A DNA stretch of 64,000 nucleotides from a bacterium (GTDB lineage: Bacteria > UBA8248), in contig OZ241875.1 of assembly GCA_965203325.1 (NCBI GenBank), positions 4,256,001-4,320,000 on the forward strand, read 5' to 3'. The notes below the pieces were generated by a model. The model was not told the origin of the DNA. It searched no databases and worked only from the letters and a program-made list of their open reading frames with translations. Shown piece after piece: positions 48,815-59,010 of this stretch; positions within the stretch are counted from its first letter, which is position 1, and each line of letters starts with the position of its first letter. A program made the position numbers and the translations under genes.

Positions 48815-49447
48815 ATGGCAGTGGCAACGGCGACGCCCAAAGGCCTCAAGGCGTCCGCTACGAAACAGAAAATCATCGAAGCGGCCGCGCGGCTCGTCTA
48901 TCACAGAGGGTTTCACGCCACGTCGCTCGATATGGTGGCGCAGGCCGCCGGGGTGAACCGGGGGAGTCTGTACTATTTTTTCCGCTCCAAGAAGAACCTG
49001 GGACTCGCCGTCATCGATCACTACGAATCGCTTCTTCATCAAAACTATCTTTCCCCCTCATTTGACACAAGGGCGAAGGGAAGCGAGAAAATAAGGCGGC
49101 TGGCGGAATCCTACGCCCGCATGCCGATTCAGGATTCCCCGTGCTGCGGATGCCCTGTCGGGAACCTTTCGCTCGAACTCAGCGCCATAGATGAGGAGTT
49201 GCGCGTTCGGCTGAAAGGGGTGTGGGACGGGGTTTTCGAGAGGATCGCCCACGTATTGGCGCAGTCCAAAGAGGAAGGCGACCTTCCGGGGGAGCTTGAG
49301 CCGCTCGCCCATGCGCGTTCTTTTTTCTCCCAGATTCAGGGCGCGCATATCATCGCGCGGTGTTCGCAGGATGAGGCGTCTTTGCGCGGAGACTGCGAGC
49401 GCGCTTTCATGAGCCTGCCCTGGACGCGGAAAGGGGAGTCGGAATGA
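48815..49447 (+). CDS. TetR/AcrR-family regulator (NemR/ComR-like C-terminus)
   Basis: GFHATSLDMVAQAAGVNRGSLYYFF HTH and CCGCPVGN. Confidence 0.92.
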   Translation: MAVATATPKGLKASATKQKIIEAAARLVYHRGFHATSLDMVAQAAGVNRGSLYYFFRSKKNLGLAVIDHYESLLHQNYLSPSFDTRAKGSEKIRRLAESYARMPIQDSPCCGCPVGNLSLELSAIDEELRVRLKGVWDGVFERIAHVLAQSKEEGDLPGELEPLAHARSFFSQIQGAHIIARCSQDEASLRGDCERAFMSLPWTRKGESE

Positions 49448-50592
49448 ACGGGGGAGGTCGTGAATTCAGGCGCGGTGGTCCCGTCTTTTCCAGCGGATGG
49501 GGATGGCTCGTCTGGTGTGTTTTCTTGCTGGGCGTCGTCCTCGCATGGCTGTTCGCAAGGGGCTATTTTGACAACCTCCACGATCCGGACGCCGTGCCCC
49601 GCGTCGTCACCCCGCGCGGGGACCTCGCCGCCGAGGAGAAATCCAACATCGAGCTTTTCCGCCTCTCCTCCCCGTCGGTCGTCTACATTACGCGGCTGGC
49701 GATGAGGCGCGACAGGTTCAGCCTCAATTTGTTCGAGATTCCCCAAGGCACGGGTTCGGGCTTCGTCTGGAACGACCAGGGCCACGTCATCACGAATTTT
49801 CACGTCATTCAGGGGGCGAGCGCCCTGCGCGTCACCCTGACGGATAATTCCGAGTGGGATGCGCGCGTGGTGGGCAGGGCGCCGGATCAGGATTTGGCGG
49901 TTCTCTTCATCAACGCGCCGAGGGATCGGTTGAAGCCTATCGCCATCGGGCAGTCCGCCAATTTACAAGTGGGCCAGCGGGTGTTCGCCATCGGCAACCC
50001 CTTCGGGCTGGACCAGACGCTCACGACGGGGATCATCAGCGCCCTGGGGAGGGAGATCAACGCCGTGTCGGGCCGCAAGATCAGCGGCGTCATCCAGACC
50101 GACGCCGCGATCAATCCGGGCAATTCCGGAGGGCCTCTTTTGGACAGCGCAGGGCGCCTCATAGGCGTGAACACCGCCATTTTCAGCCCCTCGGGCTCCA
50201 ACGCAGGCATCGGCTTCGCGGTTCCCGTGGATACGGTGAACAGGGTCGTTCCCCAGTTGCTCCGCCATGGGCGCGTCATCCGGCCGGGTCTCGGCATCCA
50301 CGTGGCGGACAGGGGTACGGCGGAGCGCTTCGGAATACGGGGCGTTCTGATCATCCGTGTGCAGAAGGGCAGCGCGGCGGAAGGCGCTGGGTTGCGCGGC
50401 ACCGGGAGGAACCGGGAAGGCCGCCTCGTGCTCGGCGACGTGATTGTCGGCGTGGGAGAGCGCTCCATCACTTCGCTCAATGACTTGTTGGACGCCCTCG
50501 ATGCCCACAAAGTGGGCGACGTCGTGGAAGTGCGCCTGATGCGCGAGGGTAGCGAGATGAACGTAAGCGTAAAACTTCAGGCCCTGGGCTAG
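49444..50592 (+). CDS. HtrA/DegP-type serine protease with PDZ domain
   Basis: TM anchor, GTGSGF, TNFHV, DLAVL and QTDAAINPGNSGGPL. Confidence 0.94.
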   Translation: MNGGGREFRRGGPVFSSGWGWLVWCVFLLGVVLAWLFARGYFDNLHDPDAVPRVVTPRGDLAAEEKSNIELFRLSSPSVVYITRLAMRRDRFSLNLFEIPQGTGSGFVWNDQGHVITNFHVIQGASALRVTLTDNSEWDARVVGRAPDQDLAVLFINAPRDRLKPIAIGQSANLQVGQRVFAIGNPFGLDQTLTTGIISALGREINAVSGRKISGVIQTDAAINPGNSGGPLLDSAGRLIGVNTAIFSPSGSNAGIGFAVPVDTVNRVVPQLLRHGRVIRPGLGIHVADRGTAERFGIRGVLIIRVQKGSAAEGAGLRGTGRNREGRLVLGDVIVGVGERSITSLNDLLDALDAHKVGDVVEVRLMREGSEMNVSVKLQALG

Positions 50593-50601
50593 GAGTGTGG
50601 C

Positions 50602-53013
50602 ATGTCGATAAATTCCATTCCTGAAACATTGGAAATTCCGGTCGAGGGCATGTCGTGCGCGGCATGTTCCGCGCGGCTGGAAAAACGGCTTGGCGCGCTC
50701 GACGGCGTATTGCGCGCGAACGTGAATCTGGCGCTCGCGCGCGCGCAGGTCGAGTTCGTTCCCGCCCAGGTCACGCCCGCCGACATCACCAAAAGAGTAG
50801 AGAAGACCGGGTTCCGCGTTCCGCATTCTCACGTCGAGTTCACGATAGAAGGGGTGGCGAGCGCGGCGGATGCCGTTGGCCTGGAGGAGCAATTAAGCGT
50901 GCTCGATGGCGTCGTCTCCGCTGGCGTGGACCTCTCGAAGGCCCAAGGCCGTGTCGAGTTCCAGCCGGCCATCACTCACGCCGATGAGATTTTGAATTAT
51001 GTGGCCAGGGCGGGATATTCGACCCGCCCGGTGATGGATGAGGAACAGGATACGGAGAAACTGAAACGAGAGCGCGAATTCAGGAAAAGCGTACGTCTGC
51101 TCGTGCTCTCAGCGGTTTTGTCCGCACCGCTGCTCTTCCAGATGGCCGGGATGATACCGGGCGCCGGGGGCTGGGAGTTGCCCAGGTGGTGGCAGTTCGC
51201 GCTCGCCACGCCCGTGCAGTTCATCGTGGGCTGGCGGTTCTACCGGGGCGCGTATCATTCGCTCATGGGCGGCGGCGCGAACATGGACGTTCTCGTTGCT
51301 CTGGGTACGAGCGCGGCCTGGCTGCACAGCAGCGTGGTGACGCTAATGGGTTTGAGCGGGCATCATGTGTATTTCGAGGCGTCCGCGGTTCTGATCACGC
51401 TCATCGTGCTCGGAAAGGTGCTCGAAGAGCGTGCCATGGGACGAACTTCAGAGGCTATCAAGAAACTCATGGGCCTTCAGGCGAAGACGGCGCGGGTGCT
51501 CCGCGACGGAGAAGAGCGCGAGGTTCCCGTGGGCGAGGTTCGCGTGAACGACGTCGTGATGGTGCGCCCGGGTGAGAAATACCCCGTGGACGGTATCATC
51601 CTTGAGGGCATGACTTCCGCCGATGAATCCATGCTGACGGGCGAGAGCGTGCCCGTGGCGAAAGGTGTGGACGACGCGGTCACCGGGGCCACGCTCAACA
51701 TCGACGGGGCGGTGACGTTCCGGGCCACCAAGGTGGGAAAAGATACGGTGCTCGCGCAGATCATTCGCATGGTGGAGCAGGCGCAGGGCTCCAAGGCGCC
51801 GATTCAGCGCACCGCGGACAGGGTTTCGGGCATATTCGTGCCCATCGTGCTGGGAATCGCCCTCGTCACATACATTCTTTGGGACTTTATGGGGCCGTTC
51901 ACGCCCGCGCTCATCAACGCCGTCGCCGTTTTGGTCATCGCCTGTCCGTGCGCCCTGGGATTAGCGACGCCGACAGCCATCATGGTGGGCACCGGGAAAG
52001 GAGCTGAGGCCGGGGTTTTGATCAAGGGCGGCGAATCTCTGGAGACGGCGCACAGGCTCGACGCCGTCATTTTGGATAAAACGGGCACGCTGACCAAGGG
52101 GTCGCCCGTGGTGACAGATATTTTGCCGCTGAGCGGACTCTCCCAAGAGGAGTTGCTCAGGCTCGCGGCGAGCGCGGAGCGGGGTTCTGAGCATCCGCTG
52201 GGCAAATCGATAGTCGATGAGGCGGGGGCGCGAGGCGTTGAATTGCTCGAGATGCGGGATTTTCGCGCTTTTCCGGGGCATGGCCTGGAAGCGGAGGTGG
52301 GAGGGCGGAAAATTTATCTGGGCAACGAGAAGTTCATGGCGGAGCGTGGTGTGGACGCGCCCGGGTCTGTCGATGAGATTCGCCGCTTCGAATCGGAGGG
52401 GAAAACAGTGGTCCTCGTCGCCGATGACGGGGGCCTGCTGGGCGTCATCGGCGTTGCCGATTCCTTGAGGGAAAACTCGGCGGAAGCGGTTGCGGCTCTT
52501 CAGGGCATGGGAATCGAGGTCTACATGTTGACGGGCGACAACGAGCGCACGGCGCAAACCATAGCGGCCGAAGCGGGCATTTCCCACGTGATGGCGGACG
52601 TGATGCCGGATGAAAAGGCGGCGATGGTGCAACAGCTTAAACGAGAAGGCAAAAAGGTGGGCATGGTGGGTGACGGCATCAACGACGCCCCGGCGTTGGC
52701 CGCCGCTGACGTGGGCTTCGCGATCGGCTCGGGCACGGATATCGCGATGGAGGCGTCGGACATCACGCTGATGCAGGGCGATCTGATGGGCGTCGTGGCG
52801 GGAATTCACCTCTCAAAGACCGTGTTGAGGAAAATTCGCCAGAACCTTTTCTGGGCGTTTTTCTACAACATTCTCGGCATTCCTCTCGCGGCGTTCGGAT
52901 TCTTGAGCCCCATCGTCGCGGGGGCGGCCATGGCGTTCAGTTCCGTATCCGTCGTCTCGAACACCTTGTTGCTCAGAAACTGGAAGCCCGCTCGTTCGAG
53001 GAGTGCGGGCTAG
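50602..53013 (+). CDS. copA: Cu(I)-translocating P1B-type ATPase
   Basis: GMSCAAC, TGES, CPC, DKTGT, SEHP, GDGIND, YN and MAFSS. Confidence 0.96.
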   Translation: MSINSIPETLEIPVEGMSCAACSARLEKRLGALDGVLRANVNLALARAQVEFVPAQVTPADITKRVEKTGFRVPHSHVEFTIEGVASAADAVGLEEQLSVLDGVVSAGVDLSKAQGRVEFQPAITHADEILNYVARAGYSTRPVMDEEQDTEKLKREREFRKSVRLLVLSAVLSAPLLFQMAGMIPGAGGWELPRWWQFALATPVQFIVGWRFYRGAYHSLMGGGANMDVLVALGTSAAWLHSSVVTLMGLSGHHVYFEASAVLITLIVLGKVLEERAMGRTSEAIKKLMGLQAKTARVLRDGEEREVPVGEVRVNDVVMVRPGEKYPVDGIILEGMTSADESMLTGESVPVAKGVDDAVTGATLNIDGAVTFRATKVGKDTVLAQIIRMVEQAQGSKAPIQRTADRVSGIFVPIVLGIALVTYILWDFMGPFTPALINAVAVLVIACPCALGLATPTAIMVGTGKGAEAGVLIKGGESLETAHRLDAVILDKTGTLTKGSPVVTDILPLSGLSQEELLRLAASAERGSEHPLGKSIVDEAGARGVELLEMRDFRAFPGHGLEAEVGGRKIYLGNEKFMAERGVDAPGSVDEIRRFESEGKTVVLVADDGGLLGVIGVADSLRENSAEAVAALQGMGIEVYMLTGDNERTAQTIAAEAGISHVMADVMPDEKAAMVQQLKREGKKVGMVGDGINDAPALAAADVGFAIGSGTDIAMEASDITLMQGDLMGVVAGIHLSKTVLRKIRQNLFWAFFYNILGIPLAAFGFLSPIVAGAAMAFSSVSVVSNTLLLRNWKPARSRSAG

Positions 53014-53069
53014 ATTCGGGGTGCAGGCTTAAGCCCTCAGTGACTCGATTTTTCTTGGAGAAACATGAA

Positions 53070-53276
53070 ATGGCCAAAATGGAGATAATCGTAGGTGGGA
53101 TGAGTTGCGGGATGTGCCAATCGGCAGTCCAGGAGGCGTTAAGTGGTGTGGAAGGTGTGGCCGAAGCCGCCGTCGATCTGGAAGGGGGCAGGGCGACTGT
53201 CGTTTTCGATGAGGGGAAGACAAACCTCGACGCAATGCGCGCCGCCGTTGAAGACGCCGGATTTGATGCAGAATAA
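53070..53276 (+). CDS. copZ: Copper chaperone (HMA domain)
   Basis: GMSCGMC and terminal DAGF. Directly follows copA. Confidence 0.92.
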   Translation: MAKMEIIVGGMSCGMCQSAVQEALSGVEGVAEAAVDLEGGRATVVFDEGKTNLDAMRAAVEDAGFDAE

Positions 53277-53347
53277 GACGCTAATTAACAGTTAGTTATG
53301 TGCTGTATATCAAGTAGATTCTCGATTCATCTGCTTCACTCTCGGCC

Positions 53348-53971
53348 CTATCTAGGCTGTCCGTCCTGAAAACTTCTCTCCAGAAATTCCCCGAGCGTGC
53401 ACTGCCAAAAGCCGTTTAAGCGGCCGATGGGACCTAGTTTCTTCATGTCGATGTAGCCGCCCGTCATGATGTCCGGGTTGACGTGGAAATAAACGACTTC
53501 TCCAATCAGGAGGGGGTGCTTGTTCGGCCCGAGTTCGAAGACGTTGTGGGTCTTGCACTCGAAGTGAATGGGCGCGTCCTTGATGCGCGGCGCCTTTACC
53601 TTCCTGGCGGGTATCGGTTCGAGGCCGGTGGCGTCGAATTCGCTCTCCTCCGCCGGGATGCCGTTCGCCGTGTCCACCATCTGCTCCCAATGGCGGTGAG
53701 TGACGACGTTGAAGCAGAATTCCCCGGTTTCCTGCGCGTTGATGAGGGTGTGCTTCTTGGTGCCGTCGGGGTTTCTCGCCACAGTGAGCGATATCATCGG
53801 CGGCGCCACGCACACGCAGGTGAAGAAGCTGAAGGGCGCGATGTTGTGGACTCCCTCCTGGCTGATGGACGACGCCCAGCCGATAGGGCGCGGGACGATG
53901 GAGCCCGTGAGCAGGCGGTAAATCTCGCGTCTTTCTATCTCGTCGGGGTCGAATTCCAGGTATTCGCTCAT
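53348..53971 (-). CDS. Flavin reductase-family FMN-binding protein
   Basis: IVPRPIGW, NIAPFSFF, KHTLIN and FECK. Confidence 0.9.
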   Translation of the reverse strand: MSEYLEFDPDEIERREIYRLLTGSIVPRPIGWASSISQEGVHNIAPFSFFTCVCVAPPMISLTVARNPDGTKKHTLINAQETGEFCFNVVTHRHWEQMVDTANGIPAEESEFDATGLEPIPARKVKAPRIKDAPIHFECKTHNVFELGPNKHPLLIGEVVYFHVNPDIMTGGYIDMKKLGPIGRLNGFWQCTLGEFLERSFQDGQPR

Positions 53972-54014
53972 CTGATTCCTCAAAATGGCTTGAAGCGCGC
54001 AAGAATCACGTCAT

Positions 54015-54782
54015 TTACGACATGTAGCGTCCCGCGTTCACGGCGATGGTCTGGCCCGTGAGGTAGGCGGATTCGGGCGAGGCCAGCATGAGCACCCAGC
54101 CCACCATGTCGTCCACATCGGCGATGCGGCCCAGGAGCGTGCCTTTGCCGATCATCTCGCGCTGCTCTTCGGAACGCACCGCAATGACGCGCTCTGTCGC
54201 CGTCGTTCCGGGTGCGATGGCGTTCACGCGCACGTTGTATTGCCCAAGCTCGTAGGCGAGGACGCGGGTTAAGGCGTGGACGCCCGCCTTGGCCGCCGCG
54301 TAGGGCGGGGAAGACGGCTGGAGCGTGGTGATTCCCGACATGGAGCCCAGGTTGATCACGCAGCCGCCCTTTTGCTTCTCGAAAACGGGCGTGAGGTATT
54401 TAGAGGTCAGAAACACGCTTTTCAGGTTCCTGTCCACCACGGCGTCCCACTCGTCTTCCGACGTATCGCCCGTGGATAGCTGCTGGTGAAAGCCGCCGGC
54501 GGAGTTGACGAAAATATCGATAGCGCCCGCCTCGTTCACGATACGCTCTATCATCTGTTTCACGGCCACCGAGTCCGTGAGGTCGCAGTCGATGAAGGTG
54601 GCGTCACCCCCGTTCTCGCGGATGCCGGCGGCGGCCGCCTCGCCTGGTTCGACGTCGATATCGACGAGATAGGCCTTGGCGCCCGCCTCGGCGAACCGCT
54701 CCGCCGACCCCTTGCCGATGCCGCGCGACGCGCCCGTGACGACGGCGACCTGTCCGGAAAAATCAAAGTTCGTTTTGCCCAT
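54015..54782 (-). CDS. Short-chain dehydrogenase/reductase
   Basis: TGASRGIG, NSAG, YAAAK and VNAIAPG. Confidence 0.94.
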   Translation of the reverse strand: MGKTNFDFSGQVAVVTGASRGIGKGSAERFAEAGAKAYLVDIDVEPGEAAAAGIRENGGDATFIDCDLTDSVAVKQMIERIVNEAGAIDIFVNSAGGFHQQLSTGDTSEDEWDAVVDRNLKSVFLTSKYLTPVFEKQKGGCVINLGSMSGITTLQPSSPPYAAAKAGVHALTRVLAYELGQYNVRVNAIAPGTTATERVIAVRSEEQREMIGKGTLLGRIADVDDMVGWVLMLASPESAYLTGQTIAVNAGRYMS

Positions 54783-54811
54783 GAAACACTCTCCTTAACG
54801 ATAATAAACCT

Positions 54812-55618
54812 TTACGCTCTCAGGAATTTCAGCACACGCTCGTTGAAAATACCGGGTTGCTCCCACTGTGCCATGTGTCCGGCGTCCAGAATAATCCCTA
54901 GTTCTGCATGGGGGGCGGCTTTTTGGCAAGCGCGCTGCCGTTCCTCCGGCGTGGGGAAGGCGATTACGTCGGCGTCTCCCCACAAGATGAGCAACGGCAT
55001 GGAACACGCCGAAAGCAGGTCGGGCAGGTAGGGTTCCCGGTTCATGGCGTAGATGTTCATCCTCGAATTCTTGAGGTTCGTCCATGCTTGGGAGAGGTAC
55101 GCCTCATCCGCACAGGCCGGATTTTTGAACATCAGCGCCTTTTGGTTGTGGACGAACACTTCGTATTTCTCTTGGGGGCTCATCTCCCTGGTGGCGCGGC
55201 GCTCGTCGCCGAGCCTGACGTCGCCCGTTATCCCTAGCCCTCCGGGCCCCAGCAAAACGAGTTTTTTGAACTTGGAGGCGTTTTCCCGGCAATACGTCAC
55301 GCTCATGGTCGCACCGAACGAAAATGCCACGCAGGGGCACTCTTCGATTCCCAGCCCGTCGAGCAGGCGCCCGATGCCCTGCGTTACGGAGGCTGCCGTA
55401 TGCGGCTTGGGCGGCCGATAGCTTTCTCCGAAGGCGGGGAGATCCATCGCCAGGGTGCGGTAATGCTCGGCGAAGAAAGCCTGGTTCTTGAGCCAGTGGT
55501 TCGCCGCCCCGAAGCCGCCGTGCACGAGGAGCAGGGGTTCTTTATCGCCGTCCCCCGCCTCGGTATAGGCGAGCGGGCCGTCCGGGGTTCGCAGTGTTTT
55601 GGATTTGAGCCGGGCCAC
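54812..55618 (-). CDS. Alpha/beta hydrolase
   Basis: VHGG, DLPAFGES, AFSFG nucleophile elbow, WGDAD and AGH. GTG start follows AAGGA. Confidence 0.9.
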   Translation of the reverse strand: MARLKSKTLRTPDGPLAYTEAGDGDKEPLLLVHGGFGAANHWLKNQAFFAEHYRTLAMDLPAFGESYRPPKPHTAASVTQGIGRLLDGLGIEECPCVAFSFGATMSVTYCRENASKFKKLVLLGPGGLGITGDVRLGDERRATREMSPQEKYEVFVHNQKALMFKNPACADEAYLSQAWTNLKNSRMNIYAMNREPYLPDLLSACSMPLLILWGDADVIAFPTPEERQRACQKAAPHAELGIILDAGHMAQWEQPGIFNERVLKFLRA

Positions 55619-55826
55619 TGAGCATCCTTTGCCGTGTGACGATTTTGGGGAGGCTATCACTTTTCGCCCGAAGCTGTGTAGCCGGCTCCGGGTTTTCTCT
55701 CACTGGATGTTGTTTGTTCCGAATCCGTGATATGGAGATTTGCTCGGTTGCATTTGATACGTCGAATTTTTAAGGGAGATGCGGACTTCAGAAGATAGGA
55801 AGCACGACTCTCGGGCGCATGGCGTC

Positions 55827-55988
55827 TCAGCGGCCCCCATTGATGAGTTCGATGAAGGTGTCGATAATTCCGTTGTCATAGAGCGTCCACGCCGTTACCA
55901 CGACGACGAGCACGAGAACGCTCAGGAGCAGATATTCGAGAAGCCCGTGTTTGACGGCGGCGGGTTTTCTGGGATTTCTTTTCGCCAT
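55827..55988 (-). CDS. 53-aa Flp/Fap pilin-like small membrane protein
   Basis: Manual translation MAKRNPRKPAAVKHGLLEYLLLSVLVLVVVVTAWTLYDNGIIDTFIELINGGR: basic leader, EY motif and hydrophobic helix. Confidence 0.55.
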   Translation of the reverse strand: MAKRNPRKPAAVKHGLLEYLLLSVLVLVVVVTAWTLYDNGIIDTFIELINGGR

Positions 55989-56175
55989 ACGTTGGTTTCT
56001 CGGCGCCTGGATGGAATGCGGGGCGAGTTTGTTGCTGAATTATAAACGCAATTCCCCGCTGGTGAAAGCCGAAATAAACGCGATGGAAGTTTGAATAGAC
56101 AAGGGTGGGACATCCGTTTATGGTATACCGATCACGAGCCGTCTCATCATCGCATTGCGGAGTTTTACATCTCAC

Positions 56176-56754
56176 ATGGATTCTGCCAGACATAATTTCG
56201 GCGAAGTCGAAAAAATAAGAACCGAAGCGATAGGTGTCGCAGGAAAGAGGATTTTCCGCATTCTGATCGATTGCCCGACGAAGTCGGCCGCCACGCTTTG
56301 GCTGGAGAAGGAACAGGTCTATGGTCTTTCGATGGCGATGAAGAAGATGGTGGAGGCGAAAGGGCAGGAGGAACGTTCGAGCGAGGAGCCGGATTTTCCC
56401 GATATCGCCGAGGTCGGCTCTGCTCCCGTGAGTTCCGGAGGGTTACTCGAATTCAAAGTGAGCCGATTGGGGCTGGCGTATGGTCCGGGCAAGAGCCGCG
56501 TTACGGTCTTTTTTTACGATGAACGAGATGAGGTCGCCTCCGAGGGGGAATCTTCCGAAGAAGAGGAATACGAAGAAGAAGCCGTCGGCCCCGCCGCTTT
56601 GCAGGTGAGTCTCGCGCATGCGCAGTTGGATGAATTCATCAACCAAAGCCTCAATGAATGTTCCTCCGGGCGGGGGACGGATGCACTCTCTCATCACGCC
56701 ATGGTGGCTACCGGCAAGGTCGACCCCAATACGAACGGGCATTTTCGTCATTAA
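56176..56754 (+). CDS. DUF3090-family protein
   Basis: EAIGVAGKRIFRI, LEKEQV, EFKVSRLGLAY, SSGR and DPNTNGH. Sits next to a SCO1664-like gene, as is usual for this family. Confidence 0.75.
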   Translation: MDSARHNFGEVEKIRTEAIGVAGKRIFRILIDCPTKSAATLWLEKEQVYGLSMAMKKMVEAKGQEERSSEEPDFPDIAEVGSAPVSSGGLLEFKVSRLGLAYGPGKSRVTVFFYDERDEVASEGESSEEEEYEEEAVGPAALQVSLAHAQLDEFINQSLNECSSGRGTDALSHHAMVATGKVDPNTNGHFRH

Positions 56755-56786
56755 ATCGCCCTTTTTCTATTCGGCAGGAATATCTC

Positions 56787-57572
56787 GTGGCCCGGAAATT
56801 CTCTCCTCTTGAAGGCCCCGAAACGGTGGATGCGGCCGAATCGCAAGCCTATCGCTTCGAACCGGCGGAAATCGAAAATCTTTTGCTCAACTCGGAAATT
56901 CTGGGCGGTGAGTTGGTGCCGCAAGGCTCGAACTACACGTTCGCCGTGAGGATGAGTGCGGAGGATTTCCAGTTCTGGGGGATATACAAGCCTGCGAGCG
57001 GGGAGAGGCCATTATGGGATTTTCCTTACGGAACGCTCCATTTTCGTGAGAGGTGCTCTTTTCTGGTGAGTCATCATCTGGGATGGCACCTCGTTCCTCC
57101 GACGGTGATCCGTGAAGGCCCGCACGGGGAGGGTTCCATGCAGTTGTGCGTGCCCTATGACGGAAAATCGAACTATTTCACGCTCCGCGCAGAGGAGCGT
57201 CCGGAACTGGTGCTGATCGCGGCCTTCGACATTATGGTGAACAATACGGATCGCAAGGGCGGCCATTGCTTCAAATCCGAAGACGGCCGCGTTTGGGGAA
57301 TCGATCACGGCCTCACGTTTCATGCGGAACCCAAGCTGCGAACCGTCATCTGGGACTATGCGGGCGTTTCCCTGCCCGAAGCGCAGTTGAACGACGTAAA
57401 AAGGCTGGAGGACAGCCTGCGCGATAGCGATAGCTCTTTAAGGCGTGAGATGGACGAACTTCTGGAGCCCGAGGAAGTGGAAATTTTTCTGGAAAGGGTG
57501 ATTCGCTTTCGAAAAAATCCGTGCCTGCCGACGCCCGAAGAGTACCGGCGTCTGCACTGGCATTTCGAATAG
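56787..57572 (+). CDS. SCO1664-family PI3/4-kinase-like protein
   Basis: GSNYTF, IYKPASGERPLWDFP, VPPTVIREGPHGEGS, NNTDRKGGH and IDHGLTF. Confidence 0.9.
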   Translation: MARKFSPLEGPETVDAAESQAYRFEPAEIENLLLNSEILGGELVPQGSNYTFAVRMSAEDFQFWGIYKPASGERPLWDFPYGTLHFRERCSFLVSHHLGWHLVPPTVIREGPHGEGSMQLCVPYDGKSNYFTLRAEERPELVLIAAFDIMVNNTDRKGGHCFKSEDGRVWGIDHGLTFHAEPKLRTVIWDYAGVSLPEAQLNDVKRLEDSLRDSDSSLRREMDELLEPEEVEIFLERVIRFRKNPCLPTPEEYRRLHWHFE

Positions 57573-57617
57573 TTTTGAAAACGCCCGGGGAAATGGTGAG
57601 ACGCTGAGGTGTAGGCG

Positions 57618-58934
57618 ATGAGGACCCATACGAACCTGGCCGGGAATCGGTTGTTTTTCTTTCTTCTCTGCTTCATTCTCGGCTCGACGCTCGTCGGGTG
57701 CCCGGAGACTTCGCGCGTGCGCAGGAGGGCGCCGCGCGATGTGATGAACGAAAAACGCTGGTTTGTTCACGACAACCCCGATCATCCACAATCGAAGGTA
57801 TTTCTGGCGGAACTCGATGAGTTTGATTTTGAGCGGGCTACACGAAGGCACACGGCCCTCGCTTACAAAAAGTATCTCGAATATCATTTTACCGGCAAAT
57901 ACTTTCGCCGGGCGCGCTATTGGCGGGAGCGGTTGCTGTATCAGGAAGCGCTCGAATCGAAAGAACCCGGCGCCCTCGAAGAGTTCCTGAAGCGCTTTCC
58001 TGAAGGCTGGTTCGAGACACCCTCCGGCGCAGATATCCAAAAGAGTGAGTATGAAGTACTGAGAGAAAAAGACGAGGTCGCATCCTACAGGGCGTTTATT
58101 GAAAAATACGAAAAGGCGCGGAGTGAGTGGACCGAAGCGGCGACCCAGCGCCTCGAAAGACTCCTGCTCGACGCGGCGAAAGCCTCAGGAAGTGTTCTCG
58201 GCCTCGAAAGGTTCGCTTTCGACAATCCCACCAGCCCGTATCTCGAAGAGGCGAAGGGCGCTTTGCGCGCGGTGAGGTTCGAGAGGGCGATGCGATCCGG
58301 GAAGGAGGTGGACTGGAAAGCCTTTGTTCGCAGATTCGAAGGCTCGAAAGAGGCCGCCCTCATGCGGCAGCACATGGAGACGCGGGCGCTCGAAGGGGCC
58401 GAGCGCTCGGGCCGCGTCGCTGCGCTCGAGCAATTTATCGTGCGCTATCCCGATTCGGTTCACAAAGAGCGAATCCTCTCCTCCATCAACAAGATGGCGC
58501 AGGAGAGGAATCAACAAGTCCATCGGTGGGTGCGCGTCGAGAGCGCCGAAGTCGAAGTGTTAAGGAAGCCCAGATGCAAATCGTGCAGGTCCTATCTGCG
58601 CGCCCAAGGCGTGTTGCTCAACACAGACCCCGATTTTTCCTTCGATGTGGGGCTGCAGGTCGAACTCATCCGAAACGGGAAAAAATGCTGCCGCACCAGG
58701 CACTGGCTCAGAGGGTTGCGGCCCGGGGAGAGCCGCCCGTTTTCATTCCCGCTACGCGGAAAATCACCCAAAAGAGGCAGCCCCGCTCCCCGGTATGAAT
58801 TCGAAGTGATATCCGGCTCTGCATATCGGAACCCGCAGGAGGAGCGGGTGATGGAAATCGAAGGTTTGGGTGGAAGAGGCAAGGGCCCCCAAAGCGATCG
58901 GTTCGCGCCCGTCCGGGTTCCCGATCTGAATTAG
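57618..58934 (+). CDS. Repeat-containing hypothetical lipoprotein
   Basis: Signal peptide with lipobox LVGC and repeated helical (A/S)(Y/L)xxFxxx(Y/F)P units. Confidence 0.7.
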   Translation: MRTHTNLAGNRLFFFLLCFILGSTLVGCPETSRVRRRAPRDVMNEKRWFVHDNPDHPQSKVFLAELDEFDFERATRRHTALAYKKYLEYHFTGKYFRRARYWRERLLYQEALESKEPGALEEFLKRFPEGWFETPSGADIQKSEYEVLREKDEVASYRAFIEKYEKARSEWTEAATQRLERLLLDAAKASGSVLGLERFAFDNPTSPYLEEAKGALRAVRFERAMRSGKEVDWKAFVRRFEGSKEAALMRQHMETRALEGAERSGRVAALEQFIVRYPDSVHKERILSSINKMAQERNQQVHRWVRVESAEVEVLRKPRCKSCRSYLRAQGVLLNTDPDFSFDVGLQVELIRNGKKCCRTRHWLRGLRPGESRPFSFPLRGKSPKRGSPAPRYEFEVISGSAYRNPQEERVMEIEGLGGRGKGPQSDRFAPVRVPDLN

Positions 58935-59010
58935 AATATCATATATATCAGTATGTTATAAATTTATCTTAAAGTAAAATAGAGATAATGGTCTCTGTTC
59001 CCAGAGGACG

